A DNA stretch of 61,152 nt from Fidelibacterota bacterium (GCA_029936885.1 JAPYRR010000002.1:1-61152); one strand, 5' to 3'; positions 1 to 15,331 are shown, counted from the stretch's first letter. Notes: generated by a model from the letters alone, not told the origin. Numbers and translations are program-made.

Positions 1-305
1 AAAGTATTCTTTTCATAAATAAGGGTGTTGAATGAATATAACCAGTCAAAAGACACAAAACGTCGACTAGTTTTTTGGCGGACTCGAATTTCTTGATTAT
101 CTTTAAAATAATGGCCATATATCCGTATATCTTGAAATGTATAAGAAGTGGTCCGTTTTAATCGGAGATAGGTTGCCACTCCCGGATTTTCCATCCCACT
201 GTTTACAATCCCTAATCGAGTATATTGTTTCCAGTCAGGCAGTTCTGCATTAGGGTTATGTGCAAATACTATTGAGCAAAACAAAATTGAAATAAAATAT
301 TTCAT
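1..305 (-). CDS. hypothetical exported protein, 3' end beyond window start (partial)
   Basis: The minus-strand frame is open from ATG 305-303 to the window edge with no stop. The N-terminus MKYFISILFCSIVFA looks like a signal peptide. The start overlaps the stop of the upstream permease gene (TAATG). It is absent from the ORF track because it has no stop in the window. Confidence 0.4.
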   Translation of the reverse strand, partial: MKYFISILFCSIVFAHNPNAELPDWKQYTRLGIVNSGMENPGVATYLRLKRTTSYTFQDIRIYGHYFKDNQEIRVRQKTSRRFVSFDWLYSFNTLIYEKNT

Positions 306-1066
306 TATTGTTTAATCTTTTTCCCACTTTGCATGAGTAGCATTGCAACGGTTGAAAAAAGGACCGTTAGGATTAATGCCATCCAAAAACTGACACTGAA
401 AGATGAGTCACTGACTCCCAAGATCGTATACCGAATTCCATTAATCATATAATAAATGGGATTGATAAAACTCAAACTTTGTGCCCATTCAGGTAACATT
501 GTAATGGAATAAAAAATACCACCCAAAAAACTCAGTGGGGTTAGAAAAAAATTCTGCATCATTGCCAATTGATCCCAACTTTCAGCTATTTGGCCTAAAA
601 TAAGCCCCATACTCGCAAATGCCCATGATACCAGGAAAATAAAAGCTATAGTTCCTACTGGATCAACAATTGTAAGGTCTGTAAGAAACATACCAAGCAT
701 CAAAACAAGAATACCATTTACCACACCTCGAACAGTTCCACCAATAATATAAGCTAATGAAATTTCAAACCCCGATAAAGGGGCAGTTAGGAGATCCGGC
801 AATTGTTGTAGCAATTTCATTTGGAGCATAGATGATGAAGTATTTGCCGTGGCATTCGTGAGCGTATTCATCATGATTAATCCGGGTAAAATGAATAAGG
901 TATAGGGAATGCCCTGTATTTCAGAAATTCGTTGCTCCAAGGTGAATCCAAAAATTACAATATACAACCCCGATGAGATGAGGCCGGGTAGAACTGTTTG
1001 CCGATACACCGAAAAGAACCTTCCTACTTCTCGATTAATTAATGTATTCAATCCCACCCAATTCAT
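305..1066 (-). CDS. ABC-2 type transporter permease
   Basis: 253 aa with about 6 hydrophobic helices and ABC-2 family appearance. There is a 4-nt overlap with the upstream ATPase gene. Confidence 0.8.
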   Translation of the reverse strand: MNWVGLNTLINREVGRFFSVYRQTVLPGLISSGLYIVIFGFTLEQRISEIQGIPYTLFILPGLIMMNTLTNATANTSSSMLQMKLLQQLPDLLTAPLSGFEISLAYIIGGTVRGVVNGILVLMLGMFLTDLTIVDPVGTIAFIFLVSWAFASMGLILGQIAESWDQLAMMQNFFLTPLSFLGGIFYSITMLPEWAQSLSFINPIYYMINGIRYTILGVSDSSFSVSFWMALILTVLFSTVAMLLMQSGKKIKQ

Positions 1067-1989
1067 TCGTTGATTCCCTTTCCAGTGAGATTTAGAAATA
1101 CATCTTCCAGAGATGATATATTCGTTTCAATACTCTGGATTTGAACGTTGGCTTTCGATAGTTGAAGTATGATTTCGGGCATTGCAGAATCAGGATTATT
1201 GACTAAAAAATGAATCCTGTTTTCTTTCCGAGTGAATGTGAATTTATCTAAAAATGACTCTATTTCATTTTCCATATTCCCCAATTGAACCGTAATGCCA
1301 GCGGTTCCTAATTCACGCGTTAAATCTTTGGGAGATCCCTCTTTTAAAATCTTCCCTTCATCAATTATTGCCACATTTTCACACAATAATTCTGCTTCTT
1401 CAATATAATGAGTTGTGAGCAGAATTGTCCTTCCCTGGCTATGTAAGTCGCGAAGGTATTGCCAAAGGCTCCTACGAAGTTCAACATCTACACCCGCGGT
1501 AGGTTCATCTAATATTATTATATCCGGATCATGAACTAAGGCCTTAGCGAGTTGAAATCGACGTTTCATTCCACCAGATAGTTGTCGTAAACGAGATTCC
1601 CGCTTTCCCGACAATCCTAAACGCTCCAGGAGATCATCGATCTTAGGCTTTGCTTTTTGGGTGGTAAGCCCATAGTACCCCGCTTGGAAATAAAGCAATT
1701 TTTCAATTGGAAAAAACCAGTCTACCGATAACTCCTGCGCAGCGATTCCAATTTTGGAACGAGTAAAGCGAAAATCTTTTACAGTGTCCTTTCCAAATAC
1801 TTCTGTAATGCCTTTATCTCGAAAAATAAGTCCGGTTAGAATGTTAATTATTGTGGTTTTTCCTGCACCATTCGGACCCAGTAATCCAAAGAATTCCCCC
1901 TGTTTAATGGTCATATCTACACCACGAAGGGCAGTAACATCCCCATAGGATTTTGTTAATCCTTTAATATGGATTGCTGGTTGTGACAT
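1063..1989 (-). CDS. ABC transporter ATP-binding protein
   Basis: Walker A GPNGAGKTT, ABC signature LSGGMKRR and Walker B IIILDEP are present. Confidence 0.9.
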   Translation of the reverse strand: MSQPAIHIKGLTKSYGDVTALRGVDMTIKQGEFFGLLGPNGAGKTTIINILTGLIFRDKGITEVFGKDTVKDFRFTRSKIGIAAQELSVDWFFPIEKLLYFQAGYYGLTTQKAKPKIDDLLERLGLSGKRESRLRQLSGGMKRRFQLAKALVHDPDIIILDEPTAGVDVELRRSLWQYLRDLHSQGRTILLTTHYIEEAELLCENVAIIDEGKILKEGSPKDLTRELGTAGITVQLGNMENEIESFLDKFTFTRKENRIHFLVNNPDSAMPEIILQLSKANVQIQSIETNISSLEDVFLNLTGKGINE

Positions 1990-1994
1990 TTAGA

Positions 1995-2318
1995 TTAATC
2001 GAATCCGATATGTTGGTCGAAGGGACTTGGGAAATCAAATCCTTCCGCACCGGGAAAGTGGGCTATGGATACAATAAATCCCCAAGGTATCATAATGGAT
2101 GCTTCCACTTTTTTAGTTTTAGCTTTTCCTTTCCCAGTTATATTGGGGACTGAAAATTTAGGATGCTTAATCCACATTCCGTGTTCGTCATATCCATCCA
2201 CATAAACGAATATTTTATCTTGATCGATACCAATTTTCTTTAAAGGTTCGTGACCTTCAAGGATAATTAATATTAAGTCGCCAACTACTTCTTCTATTTT
2301 CATCATATCTATTCTCAA
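1995..2318 (-). CDS. hypothetical protein
   Basis: 107-aa ORF tightly packed between neighbouring genes. I recognise no motif. Confidence 0.4.
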   Translation of the reverse strand: MRIDMMKIEEVVGDLILIILEGHEPLKKIGIDQDKIFVYVDGYDEHGMWIKHPKFSVPNITGKGKAKTKKVEASIMIPWGFIVSIAHFPGAEGFDFPSPFDQHIGFD

Positions 2319-2321
2319 TAA

Positions 2322-6017
<3,696 letters not shown>

Positions 6018-6087
6018 AATATATCGATGTAAATAAGATTGTTTAATTCGAATTGAACAGTAAGAATTAGTGGGAAAAATAGTCGCA

Positions 6088-6573
6088 TCATTTCCCCGCT
6101 GTTTTCATGCACTCAAACCAGGGACCTTTATGAAGGTCAGACAAAAATAATTCCTGATCTTTTTTATTTGCAACACCACTTCCAACTGATTTTGCTTTTA
6201 AAAAATTATAATTCATTTTTTCTGAATCACCTAAAGCGGCATAGGATCTAGCTAAAGCTTCATGGGCGTAGGCAAGGTCAAATCCGGATAAGTTCAATTG
6301 ACGCGTTAAGGTCCAACATTTCTTAGCATGAGTTAATGACCATTCTCCATTATTTAATATGGCATATACATGAGATATCATCCATTCACCTCGCTGTTCA
6401 TTAATAGGTTTAAATTCAGGTGACTTTTTCCAATGGTAAAGAGATGCATTTGCAAAAGCAATCATCCGGGAATTATCTTCTTCATTCCTATTTTCATTTT
6501 CTAGTAATGACCAAGTTTGTTGATTGAGTTCAATCCCCATAAAATGATGAATTTTACCAAATGATTTATTCAT
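6088..6573 (-). CDS. hypothetical protein (helical, TPR-like appearance)
   Basis: 161-aa ORF with no signal peptide, abutting the next ORF. Confidence 0.45.
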   Translation of the reverse strand: MNKSFGKIHHFMGIELNQQTWSLLENENRNEEDNSRMIAFANASLYHWKKSPEFKPINEQRGEWMISHVYAILNNGEWSLTHAKKCWTLTRQLNLSGFDLAYAHEALARSYAALGDSEKMNYNFLKAKSVGSGVANKKDQELFLSDLHKGPWFECMKTAGK

Positions 6574-6993
6574 TTATTGATCTGTGATAGTCAAACATTT
6601 TTTTCGCCATTGTGTTTCATCCATAACACCTTCAATAAAAAATGACCTAGAACAGTCTATTTCACTTTTTGCTACTATTGGAATATGTTTTCCTTCAAAA
6701 TGAATTATAAGAATGGAGTGTGTAAATGGTGACTTTGCCACATCGGCTAATTTGCTTATAGCTTTAAAACCAAATATTAATTCGTCATTGAAATCAATAT
6801 CTGAAGTTTCTATTTCTAATTGGAAAACATACTCCTGTTTATGATTATAAAAACGATGTCCAAATAAGGTGGGCGATTGTTTTATAGAATTAAAATACTC
6901 TTTTAAAATAATGACAATTTGTTCATCACCATATTTGGGTGATCCACCAAAGCAATATTGGATAATTACAAAAATAATAATAAGTTTTTTCAA
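6574..6993 (-). CDS. hypothetical exported protein
   Basis: 139 aa with signal-like N-terminus MKKLIIIFVIIQYCFG. Confidence 0.45.
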   Translation of the reverse strand: MKKLIIIFVIIQYCFGGSPKYGDEQIVIILKEYFNSIKQSPTLFGHRFYNHKQEYVFQLEIETSDIDFNDELIFGFKAISKLADVAKSPFTHSILIIHFEGKHIPIVAKSEIDCSRSFFIEGVMDETQWRKKCLTITDQ

Positions 6994-6998
6994 ATGAA

Positions 6999-8018
6999 TT
7001 ATAACCGCTTTTTAAAGAAAATTACCATAATTACTAGGAAAAATATCCCGACTGAAATTAAGGTTTTTTGAATCCGATCTGTAGAATAGATAACGGATTT
7101 TGCTTTTAATTCGAAAGAATGAGAGAGTAAAGAATCCAACCCAAAATTCCACAACAATGTATCGCCCAAAATCTCAGTAGCATTTGTAGATACAATTTGT
7201 CCTGGTAAAATGAATTTTACTTCGAAGGAATCATCATTCAGATCTAGGGACGTTTTAAGAATACTTTCATGTGCCTCCATAGACTTTCCAAGCATTTCAG
7301 GAAAAGAAGAGTCCACATTAAATGGTATAAATAAATCAGACAAATATGATACTCTATTTTTTTGAATTTTTTCAAGTTCTTCCATCGTTGTTACTCTTGC
7401 AAATGAATTTCTTAAATGATTGACTAATCGTTGATTCCATAATGTTTGATAGGGGGATAAAGAATCGTGAGAAATATCATTGAGACCTTTATGCATTAAA
7501 ACTGTTAACGCTTCTGGTAACCAATATAAAGAGTCAGATTTACCAGAAAGTATTGCCTCATAAAGTTTAGGAAAATCATTTTTAATTTTTCTTCCTTCAA
7601 ATTCGAATGAGACTGAAATTTTTGAACTAAAAAAGGTTTTTGTTATTGATCGATGGAATGAATATCCTAAAGGAATTGGATTATTTTTGGAAAATATTAA
7701 AATCGTATCCTCACTAATTCCTTCAGTATAATGCACCCAGTTTGTTTCATCTTCACCTTTATTGTCCAAAACCCGTGATGTTGATGTCCAACCTTGTTTA
7801 ATCTGCGGGTGAATGAAATCAGAATCAAATATATCCGTAGAATCACCTTTACTTTCGAACCTAAAATAAGTTTGTCCATCAGGATGCACTTGAATAAATA
7901 TTTTATTTTCTACACAAGAGAATAAAATAAGGATTAGAGCCAAAAAATTAATATTAATACGGGAAGCCATAGCAAGGAAGTTACTGAATGAATTTGTCTT
8001 TAGGGAGTTGCACTGCAA
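6999..8018 (-). CDS. hypothetical lipoprotein with C-terminal membrane anchor
   Basis: The internal start M17 (about 7970) gives MASRININFLALILILFSC with a lipobox-like LFSC. The C-terminal hydrophobic helix ISVGIFFLVIMVIFF is followed by KKRL. Confidence 0.45.
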   Translation of the reverse strand: MQCNSLKTNSFSNFLAMASRININFLALILILFSCVENKIFIQVHPDGQTYFRFESKGDSTDIFDSDFIHPQIKQGWTSTSRVLDNKGEDETNWVHYTEGISEDTILIFSKNNPIPLGYSFHRSITKTFFSSKISVSFEFEGRKIKNDFPKLYEAILSGKSDSLYWLPEALTVLMHKGLNDISHDSLSPYQTLWNQRLVNHLRNSFARVTTMEELEKIQKNRVSYLSDLFIPFNVDSSFPEMLGKSMEAHESILKTSLDLNDDSFEVKFILPGQIVSTNATEILGDTLLWNFGLDSLLSHSFELKAKSVIYSTDRIQKTLISVGIFFLVIMVIFFKKRL

Positions 8019-8060
8019 GTGTCAAATATGTTATTTTCAATAATATCTAGACAGACTTAA

Positions 8061-8906
8061 ATGGTCAAATATTCACTCACATATTTTATTATGCTTGGCA
8101 GCCTTCTCGCTGTTGACACCCACCCATCATCGATAATACGTAATGATTATGGATTCATTGATTATACAAATCGTATTATAGTCTGTATGGGGATTACAAA
8201 TATTTCGACACAAAATAACGGGGACGATTTTAAACTTGTTATTGAAAAAAGTTTAAAATTATCAAAGGGTGAAGCTAAAACTTATGCAAGAAAAAACCTC
8301 CTGGATCTGATTAAACTGGTCAACTTAGATGGGCGTACAGTTGGTGATATTATGCTTAGCGAACCTTTCATAGGGCGTCGTGTAGAATCATTGGTGGGTA
8401 GCGCATTCCAATATGGAGAAGTGAAATATCTAGAAAAGAATCAACTTGCAATTTCTTTGGCGGTTAAGATGTCTAGTCTAGCAGAAATTTTAATTGACAC
8501 AAATGGGTATATGAATAAAATGATCGCACAATCAACCTATCTAATGACACGTTCAACAATTCCCAAAAATGAGCGAATTTCAGGTATCGTTATTGATGCT
8601 AGGCATATTGATCAAATTCCAGTTTTAGTGCCAAAGATATACAATGAGGACAAAACACTTATTTATGGATCACGACATTATACACGTTCCCGCTCAGTTA
8701 ATCGCGGGACAATTGGCTATGCTTCATCCATGGAAGACAGTAATGTACAACGAAGAGTTGGGAATACTCCCATCTTGGTAGAAGCTATCGGTAGCAATAA
8801 TGAAGTAAATCTGATTGTATCTAATTTGGATGGAGAACGAATCCGAAATGCAGAAAAAAAGTTTGGATTACTTTCAAATTGTAAGGTTCTTGTTTTACTT
8901 AAATAA
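8061..8906 (+). CDS. hypothetical exported protein
   Basis: 281 aa with an N-terminal hydrophobic segment, diverging from the preceding cluster. Confidence 0.45.
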   Translation: MVKYSLTYFIMLGSLLAVDTHPSSIIRNDYGFIDYTNRIIVCMGITNISTQNNGDDFKLVIEKSLKLSKGEAKTYARKNLLDLIKLVNLDGRTVGDIMLSEPFIGRRVESLVGSAFQYGEVKYLEKNQLAISLAVKMSSLAEILIDTNGYMNKMIAQSTYLMTRSTIPKNERISGIVIDARHIDQIPVLVPKIYNEDKTLIYGSRHYTRSRSVNRGTIGYASSMEDSNVQRRVGNTPILVEAIGSNNEVNLIVSNLDGERIRNAEKKFGLLSNCKVLVLLK

Positions 8907-8964
8907 AATTAAAAATATACAGGAACAAGGTTTGGATTTCCAAAAATCCTTGTGAAATTCTAGT

Positions 8965-10080
8965 ATGGATAATTTAAAAACGGCCGTTCTTTTGTTGCAG
9001 GACGGTCGTTTTTTTAATGGTAAAATATTTGGATCAGAGGGTGAAACTATCGGCGAAGTCTGTTTTAACACAGGCATGTCTGGTTACCAGGAAATTCTGA
9101 CTGATCCATCTTATTGTCGTCAAATCGTAACCATGACATCTCCCCACATTGGCAATACCGGTGTTAATCCTGATGATATTGAATCTAATCGAATTCAGGT
9201 TGCGGGATTTGTCATCAAAGAAGAAACAATCATTCCGTCTAATTGGCGATCCACCCAATCCATTGGTGATTATTTAAAAGAACAAAAGATTGTTGGGATC
9301 CAAGGCGTGGATACGCGTGCAATCACGCGCCACATTCGGAATCATGGCGCCATGAATGGCATCATTTCTACAATTGATTCCGATCTTGAAAGTCTAAAGA
9401 AAAAATTGTCCCAAGCACCAAACATGACTGGATTTGATTTAGCGAAAGAAGTCACGTGTCAAAATCAATATTCATGGTCTTCGATCAACCAATCAACCAA
9501 TCAATCAATCAATTTTAAGGTTGCGGCATTAGACTATGGAATTAAATATAATATTTTAAGACTCTTGGAAAGGAATGGATGCGAAGTAACTGTTTTCCCT
9601 GCTCAAACTTCCGCAAGAAAAATTTTGGATTTTAATCCGGATGGGGTTTTTTTAAGCAATGGTCCAGGCGATCCGGCGGCTGTGTCTTATGGGATTAAAA
9701 CTGTTAAAGAAATACTAGGAAAGAAACCCATTTTCGGGATTTGCTTAGGTCATCAAATATTGGCCTTAGCCTTAGGTGCAAAAACGTTTAAACTAAAATT
9801 TGGGCACCGCGGCATTAACCATCCTGTAAAAAACTTGGAGACGGGTCAAGTAGAAATCACCAGCCAGAATCATGGCTTTGCGGTGGATTTGGATTCGCTT
9901 CCGGCAAATGTGGAACCGACTCATATGAATCTGAATGATAATACATCTGCAGGAATCCGGTGTGATGAATTAAAAGCATTCTCGGTCCAATATCATCCAG
10001 AGTCAAGCCCGGGACCCCATGACAGTCGATACCTTTTTCAACAATTTATTAATATGATGGAATATGCCCAGAAGAACTGA
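8965..10080 (+). CDS. carA: carbamoyl-phosphate synthase small (glutaminase) subunit
   Basis: GATase catalytic block GICLGHQ and C-terminal HPE are present. It overlaps carB by 17 nt. Confidence 0.95.
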   Translation: MDNLKTAVLLLQDGRFFNGKIFGSEGETIGEVCFNTGMSGYQEILTDPSYCRQIVTMTSPHIGNTGVNPDDIESNRIQVAGFVIKEETIIPSNWRSTQSIGDYLKEQKIVGIQGVDTRAITRHIRNHGAMNGIISTIDSDLESLKKKLSQAPNMTGFDLAKEVTCQNQYSWSSINQSTNQSINFKVAALDYGIKYNILRLLERNGCEVTVFPAQTSARKILDFNPDGVFLSNGPGDPAAVSYGIKTVKEILGKKPIFGICLGHQILALALGAKTFKLKFGHRGINHPVKNLETGQVEITSQNHGFAVDLDSLPANVEPTHMNLNDNTSAGIRCDELKAFSVQYHPESSPGPHDSRYLFQQFINMMEYAQKN

Positions 10081-13000
10081 CATAGAATCCATTTTAATCA
10101 TTGGTGCGGGGCCCATTATTATCGGGCAAGCCTGCGAATTTGATTATTCTGGTACACAAGCTATCCGAGCTTTGAAGGAAGAAGGTTATCGGGTGATTTT
10201 GGTGAATTCGAATCCTGCTACAATTATGACAGATCCTGATTTGGCAGATGCAACTTATATTGAACCTATCACTTCTGAATATGTCGAAGCTATTATTCAA
10301 AAAGAAAAGCCAGATGCAATTCTCCCAACCGTTGGAGGACAAACAGCGCTAAACCTTGTTATGGATCTACATAAACTGGGAATTTTAGAAAAATATAATT
10401 TACAACTCATTGGTGCTCAAGTGGACGCAATCGACAAAGCGGAAGACAGGGAACGGTTCAAAGAAGCTATGGATGCCATAGGAATTGAGACTGCTCAAGG
10501 TGGGTTTGTCCATTCTTGGCCAGAAGCCGAAATCCTATTGAAAGATATGGAATTCCCCATTATTATTAGGCCATCCTTCACGATGGGAGGAACCGGAGGG
10601 TCTGTTGCGTATAATTTTGATGAATTTCAGGACTTAATTGAAAATGGATTAAATGCCAGTCCAATAACTGAAGTTCTCATGGAAGAATCGTTATTGGGGT
10701 GGAAAGAATACGAATTGGAAGTTATTCGAGATTCGAATGATAATGTTATCATTATTTGTTCCATTGAAAATATTGATCCAATGGGTGTTCATACAGGCGA
10801 TTCTGTTACAGTCGCTCCAGCCATGACTTTAACAGATAAAGAATTCCAGAAAATGAGGAATTGGGCAATCCAATGTTTAAGAACCATTGGTGTTGAAACA
10901 GGCGGGTCCAATGTTCAATTTGCAGTGAATCCTAAAAATGGCCGAATGATTATAATTGAAATGAATCCCCGCGTGAGTCGTTCATCGGCTTTGGCATCCA
11001 AGGCCACCGGATTTCCTATTGCAAAAATAGCAGCAAAATTAGCAGTGGGTTATACTTTGGATGAACTCCCCAATGAAATCACAGGAAAGACTTTAGCAGC
11101 TTTTGAACCTACCATTGATTATATAGTTACAAAAGTTCCCAGATTTGATTTTGAAAAATTCCCATCTGCTTCCGGGCATTTGGGTGTACAAATGCAAAGT
11201 GTTGGAGAAGTAATGTCCATTGGGCGAACCTTCCGAGAGTCCCTGCAAAAGGCATTTCGTTCCTTGGAAGTAGGGTTGGATGGCTTGGAGCCTAAACCTC
11301 CCGCAGAAGGCGATCCAGACGTGAATCGGGCACGGTCGTTGGATATGTCCACACTTCGCTATGCAACATCTTTTAGATTATTAAAAGTGAGACAAGCATT
11401 TTTGGAAGGACAATCTATTGAAGATGTAAATAAGATTACGGGAATTGACCCGTGGTTTTTACGGCAAATAAAACAAATAACGGAAATGGCGAACACCTCG
11501 GAATCTGATTTAGATATAAACCATCTTCGAGCATTAAAACATAATGGTTTTTCTGATAAACAGATTGGCAGAATGATTGAAAAAACTGAATTAGCTATTC
11601 GAGAACTACGAAAAAAATGGGATGTAATACCAAATTATAAGGTAGTTGATACGTGTGCTGCAGAGTTTGAAGCAAAAACACCTTATTGCTATTCTACGTA
11701 TGAGGATGAAAATGAAATCGAACCTTTGGATGGGAAAAAGATTATCATTTTGGGAGGTGGCCCAAACCGTATAGGTCAGGGAATCGAATTTGATTATTGT
11801 TGTGTTCAAGCCGTCTTCGGATTAAAAGATCTCGGATTTAAAACAATAATGGTGAATTGCAATCCAGAAACAGTCAGTACAGATTTTGATTTAGTAGATC
11901 GTCTTTATTTTGAACCAGTGACATTTGAAGATGTTTTAAATATTGTTGAATTTGAAAAACCAGACGGAGTATTAATTCAGTTTGGCGGACAAACTCCATT
12001 AAAAATTGCAAACGCATTAGAGAAGGCAGGTGTACCCATAATTGGAACTACACCGGCGAATATAGACCTTGCAGAAGATCGGGAAAAATTTGGGAATATT
12101 TTAGAAAAGCTCAAAATTGTTTGTCCGGAATATGGAACAGGTCGTACTTTAGACGAAGTTGTCACGATAGCAGAGAGAATCGGATATCCAGTTTTGGCTC
12201 GCCCAAGTTATGTATTGGGTGGGAGGGCTATGGAAATTGTTTATACCAAAGAACAGTTAATCGATTATATCTCAAGAAATGCGGATGTTACAGAAGGGCA
12301 CCCAATCCTTATTGATGAATTTCTGGAAGATGCATTTGAATTTGATGTAGATGCATTATGCGATGGTGAGTCTGTCCACATTGGTGCAGTGATGCAACAT
12401 ATTGAAGAGGCCGGCATCCATTCCGGCGATTCAGCTTGTGTGTTACCACCCTATCGAATAACAACTGAGGCCATGGAGGTGATTATTTCTATAACGAAAT
12501 CTCTAGCTCTTGAATTAAAAGTAATGGGTCTTATCAACCTTCAGTTTGCCTATAAGGATGGGCAAGTTTATGTGTTAGAGGTAAACCCAAGAGCAAGCCG
12601 AACCGTTCCATTTGTAAGCAAAACAACTAATGTGCCATTGGCCCGCATTGCTGCAAAACTAGCAGCAGGAGCCACCCTCTCCGAATTTTCGTTGAAACCA
12701 TGGGATAGTCATCGTCATGTGGCAGTGAAAGAAGCAGTCCTCCCATTTAATAAATTTCCCGAAGAATCTATTTTTTTAAGTCCGGAAATGAAATCAACAG
12801 GCGAGGTGATGGGTATTTCAAATACACTTGGTGATTCTTTTCGTCGCGCTTCAATTAGCGCCGGAAATATAATTCCAAATTCAGGAACAGTTTTCTTGTC
12901 AGTAAATAATTCTGATAAACTAGATGTTATCCCCATTGCACGCGATCTACTGGAAATTGGTTTTAATCTCGTGGCAACATCTGGAACGGCAACGGAGTTG

Positions 13001-13273
13001 AATCGCAATGGTATTCATGCGAAATCTATATTCAAAGTAGGTGAAGGTCGCCCAAATATTGTTGATGGAATTAAGAATGGAGAAATTAATCTTGTAATAA
13101 ATACACCCATGGGAGCTCAAGCTCGTTATGATGAAGAATCCATTGGTCGGTCTTGTATTCAAAAGGGGATTGTTGTCATTACAACTTTATCCGGTGCAAA
13201 TGCTGCGGTAAGGGCAATTAGATTAGCTCATCAAAAGATAGATGTTCGGTCAATCCAAGAATTTCATTCATAA
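10064..13273 (+). CDS. carB: carbamoyl-phosphate synthase large subunit
   Basis: 1069 aa with duplicated ATP-grasp halves and a C-terminal MGS-like domain. Confidence 0.97.
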   Translation: MPRRTDIESILIIGAGPIIIGQACEFDYSGTQAIRALKEEGYRVILVNSNPATIMTDPDLADATYIEPITSEYVEAIIQKEKPDAILPTVGGQTALNLVMDLHKLGILEKYNLQLIGAQVDAIDKAEDRERFKEAMDAIGIETAQGGFVHSWPEAEILLKDMEFPIIIRPSFTMGGTGGSVAYNFDEFQDLIENGLNASPITEVLMEESLLGWKEYELEVIRDSNDNVIIICSIENIDPMGVHTGDSVTVAPAMTLTDKEFQKMRNWAIQCLRTIGVETGGSNVQFAVNPKNGRMIIIEMNPRVSRSSALASKATGFPIAKIAAKLAVGYTLDELPNEITGKTLAAFEPTIDYIVTKVPRFDFEKFPSASGHLGVQMQSVGEVMSIGRTFRESLQKAFRSLEVGLDGLEPKPPAEGDPDVNRARSLDMSTLRYATSFRLLKVRQAFLEGQSIEDVNKITGIDPWFLRQIKQITEMANTSESDLDINHLRALKHNGFSDKQIGRMIEKTELAIRELRKKWDVIPNYKVVDTCAAEFEAKTPYCYSTYEDENEIEPLDGKKIIILGGGPNRIGQGIEFDYCCVQAVFGLKDLGFKTIMVNCNPETVSTDFDLVDRLYFEPVTFEDVLNIVEFEKPDGVLIQFGGQTPLKIANALEKAGVPIIGTTPANIDLAEDREKFGNILEKLKIVCPEYGTGRTLDEVVTIAERIGYPVLARPSYVLGGRAMEIVYTKEQLIDYISRNADVTEGHPILIDEFLEDAFEFDVDALCDGESVHIGAVMQHIEEAGIHSGDSACVLPPYRITTEAMEVIISITKSLALELKVMGLINLQFAYKDGQVYVLEVNPRASRTVPFVSKTTNVPLARIAAKLAAGATLSEFSLKPWDSHRHVAVKEAVLPFNKFPEESIFLSPEMKSTGEVMGISNTLGDSFRRASISAGNIIPNSGTVFLSVNNSDKLDVIPIARDLLEIGFNLVATSGTATELNRNGIHAKSIFKVGEGRPNIVDGIKNGEINLVINTPMGAQARYDEESIGRSCIQKGIVVITTLSGANAAVRAIRLAHQKIDVRSIQEFHS

Positions 13274-13363
13274 ACTTCCTATTTGCTTATTCTATTATAA
13301 TTCGATAGTATTTTTTATACTTTCTGTTCGATTTATGAGCATACACACACTGAATTGAAGAAA

Positions 13364-14764
13364 ATGACAGCAAATAATTCTGAAAATCAAAAACGTAAGA
13401 CTACCACATCTGAAATTGGATCGGACAAATCTATTCAATCTATGGATGAAAATATTGGTGAGTTAAATAAATTTTCTGATTTAGAAATCATTCAATCTAT
13501 TACAGATGATGAAGAGAATATTGGTAAGAGAGTAGGAACTCTTCCACTGAAAAAAATATTCTCAAAAGTAATTTCATTCTATAGGGAAAATGAGTTTTTC
13601 CGTTATGCCATCTGGTCTATTTTACTTATACTAGTATCCACAACTGCATTGACTATTGTCGAATATGATATGTTTAAAGAAAGCGTGACTGGCCATGTTG
13701 GTAAGACCTTTCTTTTCGGCGGTGAAAATCCAAATTGGTTAGATACATTTTTTCATACATTTTGGTGGTCAGTCGTAACCTTTACAACTGTTGGGTATGG
13801 AGATGTAAGCCCCGTAACTCATTTGGGGAAATTTCTTACCATTATTGTAATGTTATTGAACTTTGGCGTCGTCACAATGTTGGGCGGGGCTGTGGCATCC
13901 GTATTGGTTGCACAAAGATTAAAAGGAGATGATACATTGGAAGAAAGTAAATTTAAAGAACATTTGGTCATTGCAGGATGGAATAATTTTGTTCCTTCAA
14001 TTTTAAAAATTATTGATGCGAATCATGATTCAATATCCCAAGTCATTCTAGTGAATGAAATGGAATCAGAGCCAATGCAAAGATCTATAGCTGGGTTTGG
14101 ATTTGAAAGACTCGAGATTTCCCATATACCAGGGAATTTCACCCAAGAGCTTATTTTAAAAAAAGCGTTCCTTGAGAGGGCAACCACTTTGATGATCCTG
14201 CCGGATAATACAGGTTTGTTACCTCATGAAGAGCCAGATGAAGATAAAACAGTATTAACGTGTTTGACGGCAAAAGCTATAGCAGAATCATGTAATGTTA
14301 TTGCTCATGTAATTAATCCTGAGAATGTATCCCACCTACAACGAGCTAATGTAAATGAGATTGTGATCCCTGATGCCCATGTTCCACATTTATTGGCAAA
14401 ACACGTTACAGATCCCGGTGTCCCTCAATTTTTTGATGATTTAATCCTTCAGGAAGAAAAAGATAAGGGTTTACAAGAAGTGCCAATCCCAAGAAGCTTA
14501 ACGGGACAGACTCACGAAAAGATATCTGCTTTTTTCAAATTCAAACATAATTGGCTATTGGTTGGATACACAATTCAAAAAGCAGGATTTAGCTTAGAAG
14601 AACAAATGGGTGACAGCGGTACTCCATTGATTCGGAATATGATTAAAGAACAATTAGATGGTGCCGGCATTAATCTGACAAATGATGAGCATGTAAAAGT
14701 CGAAATAAATCCCGCTGATGATTACACCATTGATGAAAAACATAGAGCATTGGTACTGAGGTAA
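13364..14764 (+). CDS. 2TM potassium channel with C-terminal RCK/TrkA-like domain
   Basis: K+ selectivity filter TTVGYGD is flanked by two hydrophobic helices, followed by a Rossmann-like LVIAGWNNF segment. I prefer ATG 13364 over the track's TTG at 13355. Confidence 0.85.
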   Translation: MTANNSENQKRKTTTSEIGSDKSIQSMDENIGELNKFSDLEIIQSITDDEENIGKRVGTLPLKKIFSKVISFYRENEFFRYAIWSILLILVSTTALTIVEYDMFKESVTGHVGKTFLFGGENPNWLDTFFHTFWWSVVTFTTVGYGDVSPVTHLGKFLTIIVMLLNFGVVTMLGGAVASVLVAQRLKGDDTLEESKFKEHLVIAGWNNFVPSILKIIDANHDSISQVILVNEMESEPMQRSIAGFGFERLEISHIPGNFTQELILKKAFLERATTLMILPDNTGLLPHEEPDEDKTVLTCLTAKAIAESCNVIAHVINPENVSHLQRANVNEIVIPDAHVPHLLAKHVTDPGVPQFFDDLILQEEKDKGLQEVPIPRSLTGQTHEKISAFFKFKHNWLLVGYTIQKAGFSLEEQMGDSGTPLIRNMIKEQLDGAGINLTNDEHVKVEINPADDYTIDEKHRALVLR

Positions 14765-14767
14765 ATT

Positions 14768-15331
14768 ATGAATCCAACAGCAGAACAAATTCAAAAGATT
14801 AATTATTTTAGAAAAGTACCACTCAACATATGTGAGCAAATTGCATCAGTTGTTGAAATTCAAGATTGTGAACCAAGGGAACAATTATTGATGGAAGGCG
14901 GTACTGGAAATACGATGATATTAATTTTTCAAGGGCAAGTAGAGGTTTCCAAGAATATGATGGTTAAAACTGCATCGGGAATAACAACATCTCGAAAACC
15001 TATCATTCGGCTTGAAACAACGGATCCCCCTCCAACAACAGATCCTATAAATAAAGCTACTGTATCGGTGGTTCAATCCCCTGCTTTTGGAATTGGTGAG
15101 TTTTCATTAGTGTTAGATGATGCAATTAGAACTGCCAATGTACATGCAACAACATCTATTCAATATGGTATTCTAAAACTGGATGATTTTTCAAATATTG
15201 TAAAAGATAATCCTAAAGTGGGTGGCTCTGTTTATTTTGAAGTAGCAAAATCTGCCGTTCAAAACCTTGCAACAGCCAGCGCCGATATTTCTAATCTAAC
15301 TCAGGCTTTCTTTTTTGCTCTAACTCGCTAG
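14768..15331 (+). CDS. stand-alone cyclic-nucleotide-binding domain protein
   Basis: CAP-family CNBD signature FGIGEFSLVLDDAIRTANVHA (FGE...R[ST]A phosphate-binding cassette). The start lies 3 nt after the channel stop. Confidence 0.7.
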   Translation: MNPTAEQIQKINYFRKVPLNICEQIASVVEIQDCEPREQLLMEGGTGNTMILIFQGQVEVSKNMMVKTASGITTSRKPIIRLETTDPPPTTDPINKATVSVVQSPAFGIGEFSLVLDDAIRTANVHATTSIQYGILKLDDFSNIVKDNPKVGGSVYFEVAKSAVQNLATASADISNLTQAFFFALTR

